Shown: positions 54,600 through 64,000, counted from the first letter of the stretch. The stretch is 64,000 bases of DNA from Acidobacteria bacterium RIFCSPLOWO2_02_FULL_61_28 (GCA_001767035.1 MEKR01000164.1:19298-83297); one strand, 5' to 3'. Notes: generated from the sequence alone by a model not told the origin. Program-made: numbers and translations.

Positions 54600-56297
54600 A
54601 TGTTCAAAGCAGACCGCAAGGTTGTGATGTTGCTGGCAGCCCTGATCGTGGCGGGCACCGCGCTGTTCGCAGCAGGGGAGGAGCATACCGGTGTGATCAG
54701 CGGGATTGTGAAGAATGCTTCCGGCCAGGCGGCCTCGGGAGCTTACGTGAAGGCACGGAACGCAGAGCGCGGCCTGCTTTTCATGGTCGTCAGCCAGGAC
54801 CAGGGCAGTTACCGGCTCACAAATCTCCCGGCGGGGAACTATAAGGTCCAGGGTATTGGCGGTACCATGCAGAGCGATTCGGCTGCGACAGTCGTCGTTG
54901 CTTCCGGCAAGGAAGTATCGGCCAATCTCACGCTGAACGGCCCTCGGCCGGATCGGCCGAACGAACCTTGGCGTTCGACGGGACCTCCTCTGAACGATAA
55001 GGAGAGAGAAGCGTTAAAAGTTCATGAGAGCTGGCTTGCCGGCAGGGTTGCAAGCCAGGTGCCGGAAGGACCTGGCAAAGCGATTTTCACGTCCACGTGC
55101 AGTGTATGCCATAGTCTGCCGGTGAATGAGCGCGGCTCGCGGGAGGACTGGGCGGAAACAGTGGCCGATATGGTCGGCCGAGGCGCGAAGTTTCCGTCGG
55201 AGCAAGATAAGGAGACGTTGTTGAACTACCTCGCGGCGAATTTTGGGGAAGGGGTCCCCCGGAGTCCGCTGAACGCCGAGTCCCTTTGGTCCGGCCACTT
55301 GTCCAGGACTTTGCTAACCGGTGCACCGGCCAAATACAAGGTAGTGGAATCTGAGATTCCACCGGGCGCGGGCGCGCATGACGCCACCGTGGATCAGGAA
55401 GGGATTGCTTGGATGAACGACACGGCGGGCAACGGCATCGGCCGTTTTGATCCCAAGACATTGACTTACACGCGCGTTGTATTTCCGAAGGGAAAGACCG
55501 GTAAGCGCGCCCAGACGGTGGGGATTGAGGTGGATCCGAAGGGCCATGTCTGGATCATGGACGCCACCAACGAGCGCGTGCTGGAGTACGACCCCAGGAA
55601 CCAAAAATTTAACGAATACCTGAGCGACCAGATCGGTGGAGGAAACGCCTGGAACACGCTCCGGATTCTTCCCGATGGAACGGTCTGGGGGTCGGATGTG
55701 CGGCAGAACAAAGTGGTGAAGCTGAACCCCGCCACCAAGGAGTTCACTCTCTATCCGGTGCCTTCCGGCGTCCGCGAAAATAGAAGCGTGCGGCCCTACG
55801 GCATGGCGGTTGACGGAGCCGGGAAGCTCTGGTTTGCCCAGCAGGACACCAACCGGGTCGGCAAGATAGATCCCAAATCCGGGGAGATTGCGGAATTCCC
55901 GATGGCGGAGGTGGCCACTCGATCCGGCCGGCCCCGCCGGATGGCCACGGATTCCAAGGGCGACATCTGGCTGGCGGTCACGGAGGCGAACAAGCTCGTC
56001 CGATGGGATTTCCGCACCGACAAGTACACGATCTTTCCGCTTCCCACCGACGATGCCGGACCGTACGGCATTGATGTGGACACAAAACACGATCTGGTTT
56101 GGATCAGCACGGTAAGAGCGGACAAGCTATTCCGGTTTGATATCAAGACGAGTACGTTCATGGAATTCCATTTCCCAACCATGGATTCGTTCATCCGAAG
56201 AGTTAAGGTGGATCCTACGAATCCAAACCGGATTTGGTACTCCGGCGGCGGCAGCCGAAGCTACGACAAGGTTGGTTACGTGGAGGTTGTCGAGTAG
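54600..56297 (+). CDS. Secreted fusion protein: CarboxypepD_reg-like domain + mono-haem cytochrome c + Vgb-like (streptogramin-lyase-type) beta-propeller.
   Basis: Signal MFKADRKVVMLLAALIVAGTALFAA. GVISGIVKNASGQAASGAYVKARN...SYRLTNLPAGNYKV. CSVCH haem motif. Repeated ...G-iWf----n-i-r-dp-t--fte-p-p blocks. RBS AAGGAG. Confidence 0.7.
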   Translation: MFKADRKVVMLLAALIVAGTALFAAGEEHTGVISGIVKNASGQAASGAYVKARNAERGLLFMVVSQDQGSYRLTNLPAGNYKVQGIGGTMQSDSAATVVVASGKEVSANLTLNGPRPDRPNEPWRSTGPPLNDKEREALKVHESWLAGRVASQVPEGPGKAIFTSTCSVCHSLPVNERGSREDWAETVADMVGRGAKFPSEQDKETLLNYLAANFGEGVPRSPLNAESLWSGHLSRTLLTGAPAKYKVVESEIPPGAGAHDATVDQEGIAWMNDTAGNGIGRFDPKTLTYTRVVFPKGKTGKRAQTVGIEVDPKGHVWIMDATNERVLEYDPRNQKFNEYLSDQIGGGNAWNTLRILPDGTVWGSDVRQNKVVKLNPATKEFTLYPVPSGVRENRSVRPYGMAVDGAGKLWFAQQDTNRVGKIDPKSGEIAEFPMAEVATRSGRPRRMATDSKGDIWLAVTEANKLVRWDFRTDKYTIFPLPTDDAGPYGIDVDTKHDLVWISTVRADKLFRFDIKTSTFMEFHFPTMDSFIRRVKVDPTNPNRIWYSGGGSRSYDKVGYVEVVE

Positions 56298-56343
56298 ACC
56301 TTCCGTACAATGGCGGCGCGTTCCGGAGACTTCCTGCGCTGCC

Positions 56344-56898
56344 CTACCGTGCTCGCACCCAATCGGTGTACGGGATCATCGGTCCCCGGGACGAAGCAGA
56401 AGGAGGACCCTCTAATTGTAATGCGTCGCCCTTGAGGATGATCTTGTATGTCCGGTCAATTCCGTCCCAATTCGGCAAGATAGCCCGCTCCAGGTGCAAC
56501 GTAAGAATGTGGTCAGCCTCATTGACCGAGTAGGTGCCGAAAAAGGTTTCGGTGTTAAACACCGCGGCCGCGTTTTCCTCCGGTGTGCCTTCGCGACGCG
56601 CGCCCGATTTGAATTTCGGCCGGTTGGCGCCGATGACCTGGAAAGAATAGCGACCGGTCGAATCGAGCATTAAGCTGCCCTTTGTCCCCGGACCATACGG
56701 TTCCACCCTGCTGCCATCCGGCATTTTCATGTATTGGGAGCTGAGTGTCCAAGTTCCTGCGAGTTGCCGTTGCAGTGTTGCTGCCTGCTGCTGCCCGAAC
56801 GCCCTGGGCGCAAGAACGTTGCCCCCAAGAACCAGCAGTATCGCGATCCGGATGACTGCGCGGTTGGTACGCCGCCTATCTGCCAGCCAGCCTGTCAT
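56344..56898 (-). CDS. Lipocalin-like domain protein (secreted).
   Basis: Signal AVIRIAILLVLGGNVLAPRAFGQ. LAGTWTLSSQYMKMPDGSRVEPYGPGTKGSLMLDSTGRYSFQV is typical of the Lipocalin_5 family. Confidence 0.55.
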   Translation of the reverse strand: MTGWLADRRRTNRAVIRIAILLVLGGNVLAPRAFGQQQAATLQRQLAGTWTLSSQYMKMPDGSRVEPYGPGTKGSLMLDSTGRYSFQVIGANRPKFKSGARREGTPEENAAAVFNTETFFGTYSVNEADHILTLHLERAILPNWDGIDRTYKIILKGDALQLEGPPSASSRGPMIPYTDWVRAR

Positions 56899-56955
56899 GC
56901 GCCCCCCCCGAAGAAGATAGACTTTCCCGCCTGCTCGATTCAAATCGTAACACAT

Positions 56956-58278
56956 TTACTGTCCTGCGGAAGTCTTCCAATAGGCGGGCAAATTCGGTTT
57001 GGTGTCGCGCAGAATCTCCAGCACGGCGCGGCGATCCTCCGCCGACAGGCGCGCAAACCTTCTGCTGGTATCCCTGCCGGTCAGTACATCATAGAGCTTT
57101 CGGTAAATCCCGTCCCGGGCGATATCCGGGATGCTGTCGAAGGCGGAGCTATAAATCATATAGCTCAGCGGATAGCGGAAGAGTCTCTTCTGAAGATCGA
57201 ACTCACGGAGCGAGCGGCCTTGCAGATCGCGCGGCCCGCGCTGCGGAAAAGTTTTCGTGAACGCCGAGACGCCCTGAATCGGCGACCGAATCGGCGCTTC
57301 GTCCGCAAAAAGCAGGTAGGTCACAAATTCGGCGATGTCGGAATCGAGCCGGTCTCGAAACTCCTCCAGCTTTTGTTCTGCGGCGGCAACGCGCGTTTCC
57401 CAGCCGATCCGCGTGATCAGGTTGGTCATTCGTGTCTGATGCTCCAACGTCATCAGCGCGACGATATCGCTGGTCGGGGCCAGATAGGCGGACGTATTCA
57501 GTCTCTCAGCAAGACTGGTTAGATTTTGGCTTGGCAGCTCGGACGCGAACGGCCTTCCAAAAACGTCCAAAGGGACGTTTCCCCTGTGCCGGATCGTGCC
57601 GTGCAATCCGGTCACATACCAACCGCCCCAGCGGTCCTCCAAAGGGATGCGATGGTCGGTGGCGAACGCTCCGGCGCGTCTGGACGGAGAACTCGGGTCG
57701 GCCGGGGATACCGAACTGAGCACGAGGCCCGGAACGTTCAATGTTGCCGGGATCAGGTGGCACTGCAGGCAGCTCATTTCCTGGCGGCTGAAGCTTGGTC
57801 CATCGGACTTCTCGACATCCAGGGTATAGAAGATCATTCCTTGCTGGGGGTCCAGTGAGGCCAGTTCCAGCGCCCGGCCACCCTGCACATACCCCACCGA
57901 TACCTCGTCATTGAAGTAAATCGCGCGGGGGGTGCCTGGGGAAATCTGAGAGATTTGCGCGCTCGTTTTCGAAAAGACCAGAAGCTGCGAATCGCTGTTG
58001 ATTCCGAGGTGCTTCAGGACACTCGGCAAATATCCCCACCGGGGATGGAATTCCAGTTTCACCTCGCCGTTTTCCATCTGCTTCTGCAAACGGGCGACGG
58101 GATCATCCGCGGAACGCTCCGCATACTGGATGGCCTTGTGATCGAACGGGATCGAGGGGAAGTCGGGATTGTCGTCATGGCCCTGCAAAGCCCAAACAGT
58201 TCCGGTCAGGATCAGACTGGCGGTTGCCAGCAGGGCCAAGCGTCGCTTTTGCGTTCGGTTTGCCGGCAGTAAGATCAT
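56956..58278 (-). CDS. Secreted c-type cytochrome-like protein (single CxxCH), family unassigned.
   Basis: MILLPANRTQKRRLALLATASLILTGTVWA signal; CLQCH motif mid-protein. No further recognisable motifs. Confidence 0.5.
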   Translation of the reverse strand: MILLPANRTQKRRLALLATASLILTGTVWALQGHDDNPDFPSIPFDHKAIQYAERSADDPVARLQKQMENGEVKLEFHPRWGYLPSVLKHLGINSDSQLLVFSKTSAQISQISPGTPRAIYFNDEVSVGYVQGGRALELASLDPQQGMIFYTLDVEKSDGPSFSRQEMSCLQCHLIPATLNVPGLVLSSVSPADPSSPSRRAGAFATDHRIPLEDRWGGWYVTGLHGTIRHRGNVPLDVFGRPFASELPSQNLTSLAERLNTSAYLAPTSDIVALMTLEHQTRMTNLITRIGWETRVAAAEQKLEEFRDRLDSDIAEFVTYLLFADEAPIRSPIQGVSAFTKTFPQRGPRDLQGRSLREFDLQKRLFRYPLSYMIYSSAFDSIPDIARDGIYRKLYDVLTGRDTSRRFARLSAEDRRAVLEILRDTKPNLPAYWKTSAGQ

Positions 58279-58460
58279 GATCGTATCGCCATGATAGCTC
58301 ATCGCAGCCGCAAAACTTCCTGAGATCCCGCGGGCGAAAGCCAATTACATACGAGCCATGATTCCCGTCTTGGAATCCCGGGCAGGTCGAAGTATACACC
58401 AGACTGCCTTGAACTCGGGTTTTTCAACAAACTGCCCGGTCTGAAACGGGTGTTTATTGC

Positions 58461-58519
58461 TTGACATGTTTGAGTAGCATGTTCTATAAGGTTATCAGTA
58501 CCAAACTAGGGCGGGTACT
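58461..58519 (+). promoter_or_regulatory. Promoter (-35 TTGACA, 18-nt spacer, -10 TATAAG) plus palindromic operator AGTACC-N11-GGTACT for the right PSD1-DUF1501-ankyrin operon.
   Basis: ttgacatgtttgagtagcatgttctataaggttatcagtaccaaactagggcgggtact. Operator at 58497-58519. ~80 nt 5'UTR to the ATG at 58579. Confidence 0.55.
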
Positions 58520-58578
58520 TTATTCGGCTATCAGTCTTCTAGTTGCTCCGCTCGGCTGCAAAGGGAGTGAATACTCTA

Positions 58579-61053
58579 ATGTTGCGAACGATCGTGGCTT
58601 TGCTTGCAATCGGGCTGGCCAGTGGCGGCTGGCTTCAGGTGGCCAGGCAAGAGCCGTCAAACCCGTCGCCCGCCTCGCAACAGCGCGCGCTGCTGAATCG
58701 CTACTGCGTTACTTGCCACAACGATAGACTGAAGACGGCAGGACTGCTGCTCGACAAGGTGGATGTCGAACAGGTCAGCGCCGCGGCGGAGGTATGGGAA
58801 AAGGTCGTCCGGAAACTGCGGACCGAAGCCATGCCGCCGGCGGGCGTTCCGCGGCCGGATAAAGCCGGATATGACTCCTTCGCCACCTACCTGGAGACGG
58901 CGCTCGACCGCGCGGCGGCAGCGAAACCGAATCCCGGCAGGCCAGCCGGGGTCCACCGCCTCAACCGCGCCGAATACAGCAACGCGATCCGCGACTTGCT
59001 GGCACTGGAAATTGACGCCAACGCGCTCCTTCCCGCCGACGAAGAGAGCCACGGCTTTGACAACAATGGGGACGTCCTCTCGGTATCGCCGTCGCTGCTG
59101 GAAAGATATGTGATAGCATCCCGGAAGATCAGTCTCCTCGCCCTCGGAGATCCCGCGATCAGTCCGGGCGTCGCGAAGTACGATGTCCCCACGCGGTTGA
59201 TTCAAGAAGACCGCATGAGCGAAGACCTGCCCTTCGGGTCGCGCGGCGGAATGGCGATTCGCCACCACTTTCCAATGGATGGCGAGTATGTCATCAAAAT
59301 CAGCCTACTAAGAAACGCTACTGGTTCTATCCTCGGCCTCGCCGAGCCGCACGACCTTGACGTCCGGCTGGATGGCTCCCGGATCAAGCGGTTTACGGTC
59401 GGTGGCGCCTTCAAGCTCGATTTGTCGGGACCAACTCCGGAGGAAGTTTATCGGCCAAACCCGGAACGAGCGAAGCGAGAGGAATATGAGCAGACCTCCG
59501 ATAAGGCGCTAGAAATCCGCTTTCCGGCGAAGGCGGGTACGCGGCTCGTGGGAGTCGCTTTTGTGAACGATGGCTCGGCCCCCGAAGATATCCTGCGGTC
59601 ACGTCTCCCGGCCTTTGCTTTCAACAATTACAGGGAGGGTTCCCCTGCCGTGGCCAGTGTCTCGATCGGCGGCCCTTACAACGCAACCGGAGCAGGGGAC
59701 ACACCGAGCCGGCGCAAGGTCTTGGTGTGCCGTCCCACCGGCGCTCCGGGCAGCGCCCGCGGCAATGACGAAGCCACTTGCGCCCGCACGATTCTCTCCA
59801 CGCTGGCGCGTCGCGCGTATCGCCGGCCCCCCACCGACGAAGACATTCAGACTCTGCTCAGCTTCTACCAAGTTGGCTCCCAGAAGGGAGGCTTTGAAGC
59901 AGGGATCGGGATGGCGCTGCGAGGAATACTGGTCAGTCCAGATTTCGTATTCCGCATCGAACGCGATCCGGCCAATCTGGCGCCGGGCGCCGCCTATCCG
60001 ATCACCGACCTGGAACTGGCCTCCCGTTTGTCGTTCTTCCTCTGGAGCAGCATCCCCGACGACACACTCCTAGACTTGGCCGAACGGGGCAAGCTCAAAG
60101 ACCCTGCGGTACTGGAACAGCAGGTGCGGCGGATGCTCGCCGATTCGCGCTCGAAGGCGCTGGTGGACAATTTCGCCGGACAGTGGCTGTACCTGCGCAA
60201 TGTGGGCGCGAAATCCCCGGAACCAGCGGCGTTTCCTGAATTCGACGACAGCTTGCGGGAGGCATTCCAGCAGGAAACGGAGCTTTTCTTTGAAAGCATG
60301 CTGCGCGAAGATCGCAGCGTGGTGAATTTGTTGAATGCAGACTATACGTTTCTGAATGGACGTCTGGCGCGGCACTACGGGATTCCGAACATTTACGGAA
60401 GCCATTTCCGGCGCGTGACATTGAGCGATGACCTGCGGAGAGGCCTGCTGGGCCAGGGGAGCATCCTGATGGTGACGTCCTATGCCACGAGGACTTCCCC
60501 GGTTACGCGCGGCAAGTGGTTGCTGGAACAGGTCCTGGGCGCGCCGCCCCCACCGCCGCCCGCAAACGTCCCGGCATTGAAGGATGCCGGCGCGGACGGC
60601 AAGCCGCAGTCCGTGCGCCAGAGGATGGAGCAGCACCGCGCCAATCCCGTCTGCGCCGGTTGCCACGCGCGAATGGACCCGCTGGGCTTCTCGCTCGAGA
60701 ACTTTGACGGCATCGGCCGGTGGCGCACCATGGAGAGCAACGCTCCGATTGATCCGTCCGGAGTGCTCCCTGACGGCACCAAGTTTCAGGGCCCGGCCGG
60801 GCTTCGCAAGATTTTGCTGGACCATCCCGAACGGTTTGTCACGACCGTTACCGAAAAACTTCTCACCTACGCCCTGGGGCGGGGAGTGGAATACTACGAT
60901 CAGCCGGCCATCCGCACGATCCTGCGGGAAGCTGCTCGCAGCGAATACCGCTGGTCGTCGCTCATTTTGGGGATTGTGAAGAGCACGCCGTTTCAGATGA
61001 GAGCGTCCGCGGAGCAAACGCCGGAGCGAACGGCTGCCGCGGGTCTTCGCTGA
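58579..61053 (+). CDS. PSD1-type protein (DUF1549/PSCyt2 + DUF1553), two CxxCH haem motifs. Paralog (~85-90% aa identity) of 51571-54036.
   Basis: CVTCHNDRLK and CAGCHARMDPLGFSLENFD. Signal MLRTIVALLAIGLASGGW. RBS GGGAGTG - 9 nt - ATG. Confidence 0.8.
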   Translation: MLRTIVALLAIGLASGGWLQVARQEPSNPSPASQQRALLNRYCVTCHNDRLKTAGLLLDKVDVEQVSAAAEVWEKVVRKLRTEAMPPAGVPRPDKAGYDSFATYLETALDRAAAAKPNPGRPAGVHRLNRAEYSNAIRDLLALEIDANALLPADEESHGFDNNGDVLSVSPSLLERYVIASRKISLLALGDPAISPGVAKYDVPTRLIQEDRMSEDLPFGSRGGMAIRHHFPMDGEYVIKISLLRNATGSILGLAEPHDLDVRLDGSRIKRFTVGGAFKLDLSGPTPEEVYRPNPERAKREEYEQTSDKALEIRFPAKAGTRLVGVAFVNDGSAPEDILRSRLPAFAFNNYREGSPAVASVSIGGPYNATGAGDTPSRRKVLVCRPTGAPGSARGNDEATCARTILSTLARRAYRRPPTDEDIQTLLSFYQVGSQKGGFEAGIGMALRGILVSPDFVFRIERDPANLAPGAAYPITDLELASRLSFFLWSSIPDDTLLDLAERGKLKDPAVLEQQVRRMLADSRSKALVDNFAGQWLYLRNVGAKSPEPAAFPEFDDSLREAFQQETELFFESMLREDRSVVNLLNADYTFLNGRLARHYGIPNIYGSHFRRVTLSDDLRRGLLGQGSILMVTSYATRTSPVTRGKWLLEQVLGAPPPPPPANVPALKDAGADGKPQSVRQRMEQHRANPVCAGCHARMDPLGFSLENFDGIGRWRTMESNAPIDPSGVLPDGTKFQGPAGLRKILLDHPERFVTTVTEKLLTYALGRGVEYYDQPAIRTILREAARSEYRWSSLILGIVKSTPFQMRASAEQTPERTAAAGLR

Positions 61054-61123
61054 GCTAGTCTTCGCTGAGAAGGCACGGAGGATTCAGGCCCAACCAGTTT
61101 CATGCGAGGAGAGATAGGAAGCC

Positions 61124-62461
61124 ATGATGATTTTCAAGAAGGCGATCCCGCGCCGGACGTTTCTGCGGGGCGTGGGTGCGACCTTGGCGTTGCCGCTGCT
61201 GGACGGAATGGTTCCGGCGTTCGCCGCGGCGGCGGACACGGGCAAAGCCCCGGTCCGTATGTCGTTCGTCTACGTTCCGTGCGGGATCATGATGGAGGAG
61301 TGGACGCCGGAGACGGAGGGGGCCGGGTTCGAGTTTACTCCGACTTTGAAAGGTCTGGCTCCTTTTCGGGATCATCTCGTTGTGCTGAGCGGACTGACCC
61401 ACAATGAAGGCCGGATTGGGCCGGGCGAAAGCGCGGGAGACCATCCGCGCGCCGGCGCCACCTATCTGACGGGAGTCCACCCGGCGATGGGCAAAGAGGC
61501 CCGCGTGGGAATCTCGGTGGACCAGGTCGCGGCGGCGGAACTCGGCAAGCAAACGCAACTGGCATCGCTCGAACTCGCCATGGAGGCCACCGTAGTGGGC
61601 GCCTGCGAAAGCGGCTGGAGCTGCGCCTACCAGAACACGCTCTGCTGGCGCAGCGCCACGACGCCGCTCCCGACGGAGCACCATCCGCGCGTGATCTTCG
61701 AACGCCTCTTCGGAGACAGTGACAGCACGGACCCGGCAGCGCGGCTCGCGCGGCTCCAGGCTGATCGCAGCGTTCTCGACCTGGTGACCCAGCCGCTGGG
61801 CCGCCTCCTGAAGGATATCGGGCCGGGCGACCGCGTCAGGCTCACCGAGTACCTCGACGCCATTCGCGATGCCGAGCGGCGCATCCAGCTTGCCGAGAAA
61901 CAAGCTTCCCGGGAGGTGCCCTCGTTTGATCGGCCGACCGGCGTTCCGCCCACCTATGAAGAACATGCCAAGTTAATGTTCGATCTGCAGACGCTGGCGT
62001 ACCAGACCGACCTGACCCGCGTCATCACCTTCATGCTGGGCTTCGAACAAAGCACGCTGGCCTACCGGGAGATCGGCGTCACCGATCCGCACCACCCCCT
62101 GACGCATCACCAGCTCGATCGCGACAAGATCGCGAAGGTAATCAAGATCAATCTGTTTCACATCAAGCTGTTCGCGTATTTCCTGGAGAAGCTGCGCTCT
62201 ACGCCGGACGGCGACGGCTCCCTGCTCGACCATTCGATGATCGTTTACGGCAGCAGCCTGAGTGACGGCAACATCCATGCCCATAACAACCTGCCGATCC
62301 TCTTGCTGGGCGGGGGATACCAGATCAAGGGGGGCCGTCACATCCGGTTTCCCAACGAAACACCGTTGATGAATCTGTTCTTGACCATGCTCGATAAGCT
62401 GGGGATTCCCGTGGAGAAGCTCGGCGACAGCACCGGAAAGCTCGAACTGCCGTCAGTGTAG
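61124..62461 (+). CDS. DUF1501-family protein with Tat signal. Paralog of 50108-51460.
   Basis: MMIFKKAIPRRTFLRGVGATLALPLLDGMVPAFAAAAD. Collinear with the paralog, including ...HHPLTHH...LPILLLGG.... Confidence 0.8.
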   Translation: MMIFKKAIPRRTFLRGVGATLALPLLDGMVPAFAAAADTGKAPVRMSFVYVPCGIMMEEWTPETEGAGFEFTPTLKGLAPFRDHLVVLSGLTHNEGRIGPGESAGDHPRAGATYLTGVHPAMGKEARVGISVDQVAAAELGKQTQLASLELAMEATVVGACESGWSCAYQNTLCWRSATTPLPTEHHPRVIFERLFGDSDSTDPAARLARLQADRSVLDLVTQPLGRLLKDIGPGDRVRLTEYLDAIRDAERRIQLAEKQASREVPSFDRPTGVPPTYEEHAKLMFDLQTLAYQTDLTRVITFMLGFEQSTLAYREIGVTDPHHPLTHHQLDRDKIAKVIKINLFHIKLFAYFLEKLRSTPDGDGSLLDHSMIVYGSSLSDGNIHAHNNLPILLLGGGYQIKGGRHIRFPNETPLMNLFLTMLDKLGIPVEKLGDSTGKLELPSV

Positions 62462-62588
62462 ATGCGGGTCGCGGACTTGCGCCACGGGCGCAGAACTTCG
62501 CCGCGCCAACAGGCACGGCCGGTCCAGAACGCTGGGCCTTGGTTTCGCGGCCGATTTTCCGGGATTTTTCGGAAGGGAGCGACGAAGA

Positions 62589-64000
62589 TGGGTTTCAACG
62601 TGAGCGGTCTGAGTGTCTGGTGGATGGCATCTCTCTTGTCAGTCGCCAGCCTTGCCGCCGCCGCCGATCTTCGGCTGGTGGAGGCGGCCAAGCAGGGAGA
62701 CAAGCAGGCCGTGCGCTCCCTGGTGAAGCAGCGTGCGGATGTAAACGCCGCGGAAGCCGATGGCGCGACGGCGCTGGCCTGGGCGGTCCACCGGGATGAT
62801 CTGGAAACGGGGGAGCTTCTGCTGGGCGCCGGGGCCCGGGTGAACGCGGCGAACGAATATGGCGTAACCCCGCTCTCGCTGGCCTGCACCAACCGAAGCG
62901 CGGCCATGGTGGACCGGCTGCTCAAGGCCGAGGCGAATCCGAACGCGGCCCAGCAGACCGGGGAAACTCTGCTCATGACCTGCGCCCGCACAGGGAACGT
63001 GGACGCGGTGAAATCGTTGCTGGCCCGCGGAGCGGACGTAAACGCGAAGGGGGGACGGCGGGGGCAGACGGCTCTGATGTGGGCGGTCTCGGAAAAACAC
63101 CTGGAGATTGAGGGCGTTTTGATCGAGCGCGGAGCGGATGTCAATGCCCGTTCGGAGAGCGGTTTCACGCCCCTCCTGTTTGCGGCCCGAGTGGGCGATC
63201 TGGACTCCGCCCGGACCTTGCTCCAAGCGGGAGCGAATGTGAATGCGGCCACCGAGTTCGGTGTGAGCCCGCTCTTGGAAGCGAGCGGCAGCGGGCACGA
63301 GGCGCTTGCAATCTTCCTGCTCGAAAAGGGCGCGAATCCGAACGCCGCCGACGGAAATGGGGTGACCGCTCTGCACTACGCGGTGCAGAAAGGAATCTCC
63401 ATCCTCCAAACCACGACCTGCGGCCCTAACATCGCGGCGTACAATGCCTACCGTTGCCGGTCGAACATGCTGGAACTGGTGAAGGCGCTCCTGGCGCAGG
63501 GAGCCGATCCCAACGCCCGGCTCGTGAGAGAACCGGGACGGACCGGCGGCGGAACGGGGCGGTCCATCACGGGCCGGGTGGGCGCAACGCCGTTATTGCT
63601 GGCAGCCACAACCGTAGATGTCAATATCATGCGCGCCTTGCTGGCCGCCGGCGCCGATCCGTCGGTGGGGAATTTTGAGGACACCACCCCGCTGATCGTG
63701 GCGGCGGGGATGGGCCGGGTCTCGGATCGCACGCCGGAGGAGGAGAGCAGCGCCCTGGAAGCCGTCAAACTGCTGGTGGTGGAGGCGCGTGTTGACGTCA
63801 ATCAAACCGACAAGAACGGCCAGACCCCGCTGCACGGCGCGGCCTACCGGGGATCGGACGCCATCGTTCAGTTCCTGGTGGACAAGGGCGCCAAGCTAGA
63901 CGTGGTGGATCGGTTCGGACAGTCCCCCTTGATTATCGCGGAGTACCTGATGACGCCGGAAATACTGAAGAACCGGGATCGAAGGCCGCGCATCCTCCAC
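62589..64000 (+). CDS. Secreted ankyrin-repeat protein, partial (runs off the window end). Paralog of 48500-50023.
   Basis: MGFNVSGLSVWWMASLLSVASLAAAADLRLVEAAKQGDKQAVRSLVKQRADVNAAEADGATALAWAV... Not in the ORF track because there is no stop inside the window. Confidence 0.75.

Overview
High-GC (~65%) bacterial chromosome segment with Acidobacteria (Bryobacterales / 'Candidatus Solibacter'-like) hallmarks. Three large secreted beta-propeller proteins end in the Solibacter-type C-terminal domain (TIGR03437-like), one of them with SBBP-type repeats. Other hallmarks are a TonB-dependent receptor with a CarboxypepD_reg N-terminus, Vgb-like/cytochrome-c fusions, and paralogous Planctomycete-type PSD1(DUF1549/DUF1553)+DUF1501 pairs.

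Housekeeping genes: mltG, ruvX/yqgF, lpxC, glmU, yvcK-like, a lolA-like/lolCDE-like transporter set, and several dehydrogenases.

Accessory, low-GC (~45-52%) patches: (i) a DUF2971 gene; (ii) a single-polypeptide MmeI-family type IIL restriction-modification enzyme; (iii) an islet with a HigB/RelE-HigA pair, a DUF433-DUF5615 pair, a low-GC SEC-C-motif protein of unknown function and a ~1 kb repeat-dense noncoding tract.

Most striking structure: the last ~15.5 kb is a mirror-image (inverted) duplication of a three-gene module [di-haem PSD1 protein -> Tat-signal DUF1501 sulfatase-like protein -> secreted ankyrin-repeat protein]. Each copy has an identical promoter plus a palindromic operator (AGTACC-N11-GGTACT). 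The two copies bracket a 4.3 kb core encoding a cytochrome-c/Vgb beta-propeller fusion, a lipocalin-like protein and a CxxCH cytochrome. This is my best candidate for an undescribed periplasmic redox/hydrolytic system.

Several dispersed repeat families are present (a ~150 bp MITE-like element with CGTCAGGGC TIRs, GTGACGA heptamer arrays, and a 28-mer). A ~120 bp duplication of the mltG 3' end brackets an orphan higA-like gene.

No rRNA, tRNA or CRISPR was recognised by eye. My manual coordinates may be off by 1-3 nt.
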